Positions 49,860-60,565 of a stretch of DNA of 64,000 bases are shown in pieces. The DNA lies in the NCBI RefSeq assembly GCF_964194155.1, contig NC_135880.1, positions 118,606,001 through 118,670,000 on the forward strand, read 5' to 3'. A program made the position numbers and the translations under genes. The DNA is from Cetorhinus maximus. Its lineage: Eukaryota. The notes beneath the pieces were generated by a model that worked only from the letters and a program-made list of their open reading frames with translations, ran no database searches and was not told the origin of the DNA. Position 1 is the stretch's first letter; every line of letters starts with the position of its first letter.

Positions 49860-50780
49860 GACTCTGAGACCGTGTACTTGGCTGCCCAGGCCTGGATCTG
49901 ACTGTAATCTGGTGGACCGCCAGCTCAGGGAAAGAACTCCCTCGCAATTTTCAATTAATTTCTTTCTGCCATTACATGGCCGTGGTCTCATCGCAGGCCT
50001 CCTTCCACATCAGCTGACTGCCTTTGCTCAAAAAACTGGGCCTGGATTTTATTGTTCTTTAGGCCTCCTATGAACCGGTCTCTAAGATTGATTTCTAAGC
50101 TTGTGCCATACCCACAGTGACGAAAGAGTTTAATTAATTTGAGAATGTAGTTTGCAACAGGTTCACTTGGCAACTGCTTCCTTTCATGGAATGCAACTCT
50201 CAGTGCAACTCTCATTCTTAGCCGTGCCATGATATGAGTTCAGAATCTCAGTAGTTTCAGAATTATTCATCGTACATTCACAGACAACAAGGTTGGTTTG
50301 ATACCACCTCAAAAGCACCTGGCCCCATCATGGTGAGGAAAACATTTACTTTCTCCTCAACATCTCTTATTTTATTAGCTTGCAGCCAAATGTGTAACCT
50401 TTGTTCATAATTACATCAGTCCTCTTTGTTAGGGTTGAATTCCCCCATTGCCCCCAGGTATGTCTTCAGTGCTTTTTTCTTCAATTACATACCGTGCTGA
50501 CTTACTGCGCACCTACACAATATGCACACATCTTTCAAACCACTCAAACTTCCTCAAAATCAATTTTAGAAGTCTAAAACAATTGTGTCACAATGTTCTT
50601 CAGCCCTTAAGTTCTCAAATGAACTGTAAAAAAGAATTCCATTCTAGTCTCGCCATCACCTTTCTGTTGTGTGTTGCACTGCGTAAGACATTTTCAACTG
50701 TAGGCAGCCATTGCTGAACTAACTTTATTTACACCTCCCCAACCAAGAGGGCAGCAGAGAGGCAGCTGTAATACACCACA
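49860..50780 (-). mobile_element. Gypsy/Ty3 LTR retrotransposon 5' fragment (short LTR, PBS-like site, gag relic)
   Basis: gag-like GEFNPNKED...FLTMMGP...FHERKQLPSEPVANYILKL..HCGYG...LRDRFIGGLKN. TG...CA segment 50780-50665 with AATAAA, followed by TGGCGAG. Confidence 0.7.
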
Positions 50781-51760
50781 CTATTACTATTAATCATCCT
50801 GAATGTTTCAGCAGCACTACAGTTCTATCCTGGTTCTGCAGCCACCTCCTCAAAAGGGCTTGCGGAAGTTCTACCCTGGTGTTAATTCAGTTTCTTCAAA
50901 TTTTGATGTTGACTCAGCCTTGTCAGTAGTTTTGATTCTAATATTTGCATTCTGCTCAATATGTGCCTTATAAGTAATTAATGGATTATCCCTCCTGCTG
51001 CTAGTTGTAATGAAGAGACCACAATTACACATTCACTGCCGTTTCTGGCTCAACCTTAATTCCCAGGCAAGCTATGATATAGCGTAGATAGTGTGGAGAT
51101 AATTTATTGAGGCTCTGCTCCCAGTTTCGAACCACATTAGATGAGAAGTAATGGACAGGGATATAACACGATTGATTTGTTTCTGCAACCTGTGCTCCCA
51201 CCTGGCAAGTCCCTACACTGGAATCAAAGGCTTAATTTATGCCTTACAATTTCACTATTTCTTCTGCCATTTCCACTGACTTGGAAGGTGGAAGAAGTCA
51301 ATGCATTAAGAAATTAGCTGGATTTTCCACCCATTGACTATGAATGGACAAATATCTAGCCATAATATTTTGGCTGGAAATTGCATTCAATATTTAGCTA
51401 GATTTGAAGTACTTTCCAGTACTAGTCCTTCACTGTTCCACTGTGTACTTTCTTGCTGTTTCTGGTCCTGTGAGGCTGTAACAATATTTGTAATTTATAC
51501 AGAATAAAGTTCATTATGTTCTCAGATTGTTACGTTCTGTCTAGCTGCTAAATGAGCCAGCCACATGCTTTGTTAGTACAAAACCTGTTAGAACCAGCTC
51601 TTAGACACAGTATTGAACTTTGAATTTGTGTATTTGTATGAAGCAGTAAAGAATTTAATGAACACAATGTGAATTGTAAGTCTGTTGCAGATCTTTTCTA
51701 TTTCACTATCTGAATGGTAATCTAGAACAAATATGTATATTATTCTTTTTGGGATTCCAT

Positions 51761-53123
51761 GGGGTACAATCCTATGGGCAAGCGGAGGTGCAGGCTACAA
51801 GCCCTGGCCTGAATGGTGAGACTTGATGCACCCCTGATACTGGGCCTCAGGACTGATTCCAATGGGTTGGGCAAGTGGTGCAGAGTTGCTGGTGAATCAT
51901 CAGTGAATACTGAGCTTATGCTGGCATCACAGTGGATGTCAGTTCAGTGAAGAAGGGTGGGCGATTGGACTTTGGTGACTGGGGGTGGACCTTGGGTATC
52001 GGCGAATAGGAAGGCCAGTGGTATTGTCTGTGGGGTGAAGGCTGCATTGGCTGGGGAGGGAGAGGTAGTGGGGGCTGGGTGGGTGTCAGGCCAGTGGGGT
52101 TTATAGCTGGAGAAGGCGATCAGTAACCAGGTTGTAGAGGGGTGGGAGTTGGGGGGTGGTCAGGGCACGAGGGGGAGGAGCGGCCCTGTTCTTTAACATG
52201 TGATTGAGAGGAATACTCCTGTTCCTCCATTCTCCACATTCAGATGAGCACAGGAGTCTTTCCTGCTAGCTAGCGCCATGTGGCTGTGGGAGTGATGCAC
52301 TGGAGTGATCCAACATCTACTATGGAACCTGTAAGAAGCACTGGATTCTAATTTAAATAAATCACTCTTCACTCTCAATGTTGCAAACATACACTCCTTC
52401 TGCCAGTGCAACCTACAGTCCCAATATGGTGGGTAGCACATTTATGGCCAGTTAACGCATGAAGAAGGTCTGATCTTCCAAGCAGCATCAATGATGGACC
52501 GATTACCGCTGCACTCGAAAATTCTCCAGACTTGACACTGCTGTACATTTCTTCCAGGGTCTTCAGATCCCAATTTTCACAGAACTGCGCAGCACAGGGG
52601 AACTCCGTTGGAGTGGAGTAGGACTGGGGGGGAGACAGGACATGCCCCCTTTTTTAGGGCAATAGCTGCCATATGGCAAGTTTAAAAGTTCAGTCTTAAT
52701 GTTAGTGAATGGATGAGTGAATGGGTGGGTGAATGGTAAGTGAGTAGGTGGATAAGTGGGTAGGATGGGTAGGCGGTAGGTGACATGGCAAATAGGTGGG
52801 TGATCTGGTAAATGGGCAGGTGGGTGAGATGGTGGCTGGGTGAGGTGGGTGTGGGTAGTCAGGTTGGGGGGGGGTAGTCAGTTGGTCAGGAGGGGTAGCC
52901 GGGTTAGATTCGGAGGGGTAGTCAGATCTGGTTGGAGGATGAGATTGGGTGGTTGGAGACATTTGCAGAGTGTCCTGGGAGCAGGGTAGTTACCCATCGG
53001 AAGTTTAAACTTCCTAGGCAATTCTCATGCAGGTGCGTGCATCAGGACTTCCACAGGGTCCCAATGATCATCTTCAGTCGTATGTCCAGTCTTCGATAAT
53101 TCAGAGGCCAGAAGATTTGGCCC
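51761..53123. mobile_element. Degraded non-autonomous Harbinger-like element with G-rich tracts
   Basis: GGGG-initiated left end, right end GAAGATTTGGCCC, shares terminal sequence with 1-246, GGGT-rich low-complexity interior. Confidence 0.35.
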
Positions 53124-53242
53124 AAGTGTTCTACATGAACAAGACCTTTGGTTAGAGAACCAAGAGAGTTATCAACACTTTAAAATAATCTAGCTGGTAT
53201 GCAAACTTTTAAGATAAATGTTAAATTATTCAAAGTTCACTG

Positions 53243-53641
53243 GGGCTGAAATCCTAGAATAACTCCCATGTTGTGTTCGCCCAGCACCTCCAGCATTGAC
53301 TCTCTCATGCCATCACCAAAACCCAGACTCCAGGTGGGCCTCATAACTGCCACTAATTTGGCCAGCCCACTTGCTCCCACTTCTCATAATGGCTGCCAAT
53401 GCTCCGCTCCATGGATCACAGATTAGGGATGCAGGGACTTCTGCTGTGGCTCCTCATCTATTCCCATTCCCTTCACTGATGACCTTGTTTGAGGTGGATG
53501 GAGTTTCCAGCCACTATAAGGCTCTGTAAAAACAATGGGGGAAGGATAACCCAGCACACCCGAGCCTTGGCCTAAGTCATAGCCCCACTGTTACTCTTCT
53601 ATCAGAGCGGGAGTGCTGACAGAACCATGGACATTTGGCCC
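53243..53641. mobile_element. Possible MITE
   Basis: Ends GGGCTGAAATCC and GGACATTTGGCCC. Confidence 0.35.
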
Positions 53642-55233
53642 TTTTTAAAAAAAAAAAATACTTTTAACAGAGAGGGCTGTTCAATGGAAAATATTTCCCA
53701 CAATTTGGCTAATATATCAAAATGTTTTAATATCTTTTGCTCATGACTACGATAGACTTGCCACAGTTCCATGGAAATCAAACATCTCAGGTCAGGCAGT
53801 TGATCAAAAGGTGGTCATCTAACATAAGTGAGTAATGGGCTGATGTGGCTTATAGTCCTAGTATAAGTTGAGATTCATAAATAATTTGAATAGTTCCAAC
53901 CAGCAGAGTACGCAGTGTCAACCAGAAGGTGCTAAATGTAATAAAAAAAGTTTGTTCTGCTTGGAATTGGGCTTCGTGTCTATACAGAGCTGCTCCCTGA
54001 AGGAATCATCACTGACATCAGCACAATGGCTTTTTGCCAAATGTCAGATTCAAAATGTTAACTCACCACAAGGCAGTTTGGAGTCAATCCAATTTTTCCT
54101 AACAGAAAGGCAAGACCTTAAATATGTTGAGTATTTTACTAGAAGTACTTCCTCCAGTACTGTGTACGTTTTAAGATGAAAAGAATATTTGAAATAAATA
54201 ATAAACCTGTTAACCAATGAGACAGGTCGTCTCAATATTTACAAAGTTAAAAAAAACATAGGCCTTTGCTGGAATAAATCCAACTTTGAATTGATAATAT
54301 TTATGCTAAAGTCACTTTCCGAGGTAAATGGTAGAAGCCATCTGCCATCCTCAGAAACAAATTTTCCTTGCAGCGCTGCTATTGACGGGGAGGAAAGCAT
54401 ACCTACTAGCATAGGAGCAAGCCTTCAGGTCCATTACTACTCAAGACCATGATCTATGGAACTGTAAAAATTTGCCCTAGATGTATTAAGGGTGCAATTA
54501 ACACTCTATTTTAAAAAGTTGGAAAAAAGTGATTGCAATACTGTCCAACTAAATACACAGAACTTATGTTTCATAGTACAGAAGCAGCATTTTTTGAATT
54601 CCTTTCTAATCATTTTCACCTAGCTGTTGGGCAACAGAATAAAAAATTACCTCCTCAATGAATGTATTAGTCCAATGTTAATGCTACATTGTTACAATTG
54701 GATACAACATAGTTAAGGCAACAAAATATATTTTGAATTTGTGTTTTCCTTTCCTGCTATTGCAGAACATTTAGAAATACCTAAATAGTTGCATAGTCAA
54801 AACTTCTGTGGAGATTATCTTATGCATGAGCAGCCAGGAAGAAAGAGGAAATAAAAGTATATCTATCCATCAGCACTGTAATTATGTAATTATCATTTCA
54901 CCATTTACAAATGGGTTATACTCAGAAACCATGTCTGAAATTACAAACCAAAACAACATACAGAAATGTTGGCGTCTAATAATATCAAGGTATGTCATTT
55001 CTTGATATAATAGCCTTGAAATTAATAGGAAGTCAATTTTCCAAATGTGATTGTCCACATCTTGAACCTATTGAGATGGTTAACTATTTGTTCAATTTCT
55101 TCCATTTAAACATGTGCGACAACAGGCCTATTTGTTCAAGTGGAACTGCACTTAGTTCTTCAAATACTTTTGTGCATTTAAGCTACACATACAGGAGGCA
55201 ATTCCCAAATTGAGAAGGGGTATAAAATTGATG

Positions 55234-55366
55234 AGTTCTGATGAAAGGTAATCAACCTGAAACACTAACTCTGTTTCTCTCTCCACAAAAGCTGGAAGAC
55301 CTGCTGAACATGTCTAGTATTTTGTTTTTATTATAGATTTCCAGCATCCACCATATTTTGCTTTTC
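55234..55366 (+). mobile_element. Monomeric Penelope-like terminal fragment with decayed hammerhead motif and 11-bp TSD
   Basis: agtt-CTGATGA-a-aggt..acct-GAAA-cac-t-aact, then the same body as the palindrome arms. TAAAATTGATG at 55223-55233 and 55367-55377. Confidence 0.75.
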
Positions 55367-55734
55367 TAAAATTGATGGTACCAGACTGCCCTTTTCCCCT
55401 TGCCGGATTTCAAGTTCCAGACTGGACAACTTAAAACATGTGATTGGAAGAGTGCTGTAGGAGTGATAGTTTCACATTTTGTTGGACACTTGGACAAATT
55501 TTGGAACAACTGAGGAACAAATGAAGGTTGGTTGACTCATTATCCATATCAACAGAAATTTCCCGACACCAAGATTAAATAGAGGCATAGGTGTGAGCTT
55601 TAGCTACTGAATTCATGGATATGGAGAGAGAGGTTTACTGAAAAGGAGATGGGGAAAAGTTAAGAATAAGTAGAATGGAGGAAAGAATATTGATCTATGT
55701 AAGGGAGAAGGGTTCCAAGAAGTAACGATGGGAC

Positions 55735-56620
55735 AAAGTTGAAATGTCTATATACAAATGCACCTAGCATTAGGGATTAAATTGCAGAACTACAAGGACT
55801 TATGGTGATGAGATAGTGTGATGTAACTTCAAAAGGAACTTGGCTTCAGATGAGGCAGAATAGGGATATAAACAACATTTTCAGAAGAAATAGTGAAAGC
55901 AAAATAAGGGATGAAGATTGGGAAAGTGGAATTATTAAAGTGGGACATAATTATAGCATTAAAAGAAAGGATATTATGGTAGGTGCTGTTCTGACTAGGC
56001 AGGAATGAAATTCAACATCAGCAGGAGGACAATTCAGGAGGTAGGAGATCAATCACTTGTAATACACATGGAAGTCAATTGAAAGGAACATCAGGCAGGC
56101 TGTCTTTTATCTTGAAAGGAAAAGGCTTAATGGTGATCTAATAGAGGTCTTTAAAATTATGTAAATTTTTGATAGAGTAGACACAGATAGAATATTTCCA
56201 TTTGTGGCGAAGAGCAAAACTAGAGGCCATCAATATAAGATAGTCACCAAGAAATATAATAGGGTATCCAGAAAAAAACTTTTTTACCCAAAGAGTGGTG
56301 AAAATGTGGAATTCGCTACCACAGCATTTGAAGTGAATCATATAGGTGCATTTAACGGGAGGTTAGATAAATATATGAGGGAGAAGGGAAAGATACCAGT
56401 GTCCAAATCCATGAGTGTAAATATATCTATAGTTTCTGCATCTGTAACAAGGGGGCATTTACTTAGAAATGGTATTGAAATCATAAAGAGGGGGGTTTAG
56501 AAGAATATTTTCACGCACAAAAGTTTATTTAAAATATGGAATGCATTATTGCAAGGGGTAAAGTAGCTTTTCAAGGGAGGCTAATTACAGCTTTTAAAAG
56601 AGAATTAAGCAAATACTGAA
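55735..56620 (+). mobile_element. Old CR1 remnants
   Basis: LKCLYTNAPSIRDK (APE start) and GDLIEVFKIM..SKTRGHQYK (RT C-terminus). Confidence 0.6.
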
Positions 56621-56824
56621 AGGAAAAAATAATAAAATGAGTAGGCAAATGAAAATGAAAAGCTTCAATATGGTGCTAGCACTTGGACAGGCATGGTGAG
56701 CTGAACTTTCTATGATTGAATATTACAAATGATAATGCTATGGTCTCAAAAAGAAATTCCATCTGGTGGATAACTGGCATTTCTTTTGATATTGGCAAGT
56801 TCAGGAAATGGAAGGAAGGGAGGA

Positions 56825-57209
56825 ATTCAGGAAAATTACAATCACCAGAGAAGTGGTGCTGAGTAAATTGTTGGAGCTGCGGGCTGACAAGTGCCCAGGT
56901 CCTGATGGACTTCAACCTAGGGTCTTAAAAGAAGTGGCTAGTGAGATAGTTGATGCACTGGTTTTAATTTTTTGAAACTCCCTAGATTTGAAACTCCCAT
57001 TCGATTGGAAGATAGCAAATATAGCTCCATTATTCAAAAAGGGAGACAGAAAGTGGGAAACTACAGGCCAGTTAGCTTAAAATCTGTCACAGGGAAAATG
57101 TTAGAAGCTATTATTAAAGAAGCTATTGCAGGGTACTTGGATAAATTCAAGGTAATCAGGCAAAGTCAACATGGTTTTGTGAAGGGGAAATCATGTTTCA
57201 CCAACTTAT
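56825..57209 (+). mobile_element. CR1 ORF2 fragment
   Basis: DKCPGPDGL.PRVLKEVA, GNYRPVSLKSV, RQSQHGFVKGKSCFTNL. Confidence 0.9.
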
Positions 57210-57824
57210 TCTCCCACAAAAGGAAACATCCTCTCCACATCCACCCTGTCAAGGCCCCTCAGGATCTTATATGTTTCAATCAAATCGCCTCTTACTCTTC
57301 TAACCTCCAGCGGATACAAGCCTAGCCTGTCCAACCTTTCCTCATAAGATAACCGGCCATTCCAGGTATTAGTCTGGTAAACCTTCTCTGAACTGCTTCC
57401 AACGCATTTACATCTTCCCTTAAGTAAGATGACCATACGGTATACAGTACTCCAGATGTGGTCTCACAAGTGCTCTGTATAAATGAAGCATTACCTCCCT
57501 ACTTTTGTATTCAATTCCCCTCACAATAAATGCTAAAATCTATTAGCTTTCCTTATTACTTGCTGTACCTGCATGCTGGCCTTTTGTGATTCATACACTA
57601 AGAAACCCAGATCCCTCTGCATCTCAGAGCTCTGCAATCTCTCACCATTTAGATAATATGCTTCTCTTTTATTCTTCCTGCCAAAATGGTCAATTTCACA
57701 TTTTTCCACATTATACTCCATCTGCCAGATCTTTGCCCACTCACTTAATCTATCTATATCTTTTTGTAGCCTCATGTCCTCTTCACAACTTACTTTCCTA
57801 CCTATCTATGTATCATCAGCAAAA
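57208..57824 (-). mobile_element. CR1 ORF2 fragment in the opposite orientation
   Basis: FADDT, LQKDIDRLSEWAKIWQMEYNVEKC, SYEERLDRLGLYPLE, RGDLIETYKIL. Confidence 0.9.
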
Positions 57825-60315
57825 TTGGTGTTTGTGGGTGTTAGGAATAAATTTTATTTTAATGTTTAAGTTTTATTTGTATTTCTACATCTGTGTGTTA
57901 AGAAAAGGTCAAGTTGAGTTTAAGTTTCCCTTTTAAAGGTGCCTGCATTTCTAATGAGAGTTTACGACTGGAAGAGAAGTTAGGCAAACACAAGAGTAGA
58001 AAACTGGGATGTTGCCTAGCATCAGGGGTCCAGAGAGGCAGGTCCCTCCTACAGACATGCACATAGAAGAAACTAGAAACAGCAGCTTGCTTTGGAAGCT
58101 GTTTGAGTTCAGCTGGTTTTGAGGACAGTTGCCAGGCAGAAGCAACCTAGAAGTGGCGGAAAGCCAGTCCCAAGCTAAAGTCAGTTGAAAGTAGCTGCCA
58201 GAGAGAGACTAGAGTAAAAGGGACAGATAGCAAGTCCCAAACTAAAGAAGAAAGTCCCCAAAATCCAAGGCAGTGGAACAGGAGAAAGTCCTAAGAAGAC
58301 CTTCTAGTCAAAGGAAGGACAGGAACCTAGAAAAGGTCGTGTCTGTGGATGTGAAAGTAAGGAGCAGAGAGGAAGGCTCCAAGCTCCAAGCTTAAAGGAA
58401 GCAAATTTAAAGCGAAAGGCCAAAAGGTCCAAAGAAATGGGTGAAGGTCTAACTCTTTGCTATGGGCATGTGAAGCATTGGTGTACTGTTGACGGCCAAG
58501 TCAGTGAGAGAGAGTACATGAAGGAAAGCTTGAATGCATATGGTGACCCAGGGGAGAGGAACGTTGGAAGGAGAGTTCGAAACCCTGGAGGTGAACTCTT
58601 GCAGAGCTCAAGTATCTGAGAGAAAGCATCAGTTTGGGAGAAGATTCCAAGGCGTGTTCTTGGAAAGTGGAGATTGGAAACCCTCGTGTGAAAGACTAAG
58701 TTCAGTGAGACTGATTAGCTCATTGTGTGACAAGCGTCTGGGGGGAGTTAAGGAGAGATCCATAGCATCTGGTTGAGGTGGCATCTGTCACTTGGTTCCA
58801 GAGTGTCTGACTACAGGTCACCAATTGGTTTATATGGACTGTGTACTTACTGTGAACATTAAAATATAAGATAGCTTTTGTAAATTGTGTTCTCCTTACA
58901 AAGCTGTGTATATCTGTAAAGATATATTTGTGGGCGAAGGAGTATTTGGAATTGGTGAATCTTAAGGTTACGAGTACGAGAAGCACTTTGAATTCAGGCG
59001 TTGGTGAGGTTTTTTTTTAAGAGGTGGTGAGACTGCAAGACGGCTTTGGCAATTGATAAGACTTGTCTGGGAGTAGAAGATATAACTCTGATTGGGTTGC
59101 ACAAAATAACCAAGAGTAAGTTAACAGAGTTGGCAGGTAAGTTAAAATTGGGGTTACCTGTGGGGGCTAGAAATTCAGATATAAATAAAAGTATAGCACA
59201 GCATCTACAGTTGGAAGTGATATTTGACACTAGTGAGTCACTGCTGTTTGAAATGAAGAAGCTTGAATTTGAACAAGCAAAGGAACTGAAAAAACATGAA
59301 TTAGAAGTAAGGGAAAGAGAAATAGCTTTTAAAAGGGAGCAAGCAGAAAGGCAGGAGAAAGAAAGGAAGCTGGAACTGGAATTTCAGGAAAGAGAGAAAA
59401 AGAGAAAACCTGCTTAAAAGGCTGTAAGTTAAAAAAGAGATCTTGGATTCTGTGGAGAGTGCTGATGATGAAAAAACCTTGAACCTAAAACCCAGTGGGG
59501 AGATATTTAGATTTGTACAAGTTCTTCCAAAGTTTGAGGAAAAAGATGTTGAAGTGTTCTTTATTTCATTTGAAAAGGTAGCTAAACAGATGAAATGGCC
59601 ACAGGAGTACTGGATGTTATTATTACAATCAAAGTTGTTGGGTAGAACGCATGAGGTATATGCTTCGCTGTCTGAAGAAGTATCGATGAATTATGATGTG
59701 GTGAAAAGGCTATTTTGAGTGCGTATGAGTTGGTTCCCGAAGCATACAGGCAGAAATTTAGGAATATGAGAAAAACAGCCTGGGCAAACTTATATTGAGT
59801 TTGAGAGGGTAAAACAAAATAATTTTGACTGGTGGATATGGGCTTTAAAAATAGAGACAACATATTCTTCCTCTTAGGGAAGTAATTCTTCTGGAAGAAT
59901 TTAAAGACTCAATCACTTTGGTAGTGAGAACGCATGTGGAGGAACAGAGGGTTCAAACTGTAAGACGAACAGCAGAGATGGCTGATGATTGAGTTAGTTC
60001 TTGGAGCTAAACCTTTTTATCGTCACCCTTTCAAATCGGAAAAGGATAGAAAGTGGGAAAGTGAGAGGAAGGTAGGTAGTCAGGGAAGAGGAATGGCTGG
60101 GAATTCCCAGGAAGTTTTTTCTCAGAATAAAAAGGAAGGTGCTGAGGGTAGGAGTAACATTCGGAAATTGAAGTGTTTTCATTGTAATAAAGTGGGGCAC
60201 ATGAAGTCAGTGTTAGAAATTACTGGGAAAATCTGTTGGAGTTATTGTGGTACAGAAAAGTTCTGGAAGTAAAAGTTCTGTGGGTTCTGAGGTTCAGGCA
60301 CAGGAATAAAACAAT
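57825..60315 (+). mobile_element. Gypsy (Gmr1-like) LTR retrotransposon 5' part: putative LTR/leader and disrupted gag
   Basis: Coiled coil at 59046-59417; LPKFEEKDVEVFFISFEKVAKQMKWP...AYELVPEAYRQKFR (SCAN/capsid-like); zinc knuckle CFHCNKVGH. LTR limits are uncertain. Confidence 0.85.
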
Positions 60316-60565
60316 GGGGAGAATTTTCTCCCCATCGAGTGGGCCATTTGGGAGCGGGCGCGGCCGGGCGCAGAGCCGATTGCCGCCCGCGATCGGCCCG
60401 GCGCCTCCATTTTACATGGGTGGGCCAGTTAAGGCCCGCCCAGTGTGAAGCACAACTCCTGAGGATAGCGGGACTGAGAGGGCAGCGGCGGGACTGCAAT
60501 GACCGCCGGATTCAAAGGCGACCTGTTCAAATAGAGCGCAGACAACCTGGCAAAGGCTGTTCATT

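Noticed and set aside
49329-49991. 220-aa Pro-rich minus-strand ORF
   Set aside because: It spans a MITE/Gypsy junction and a poly-G run and has no recognisable domain.
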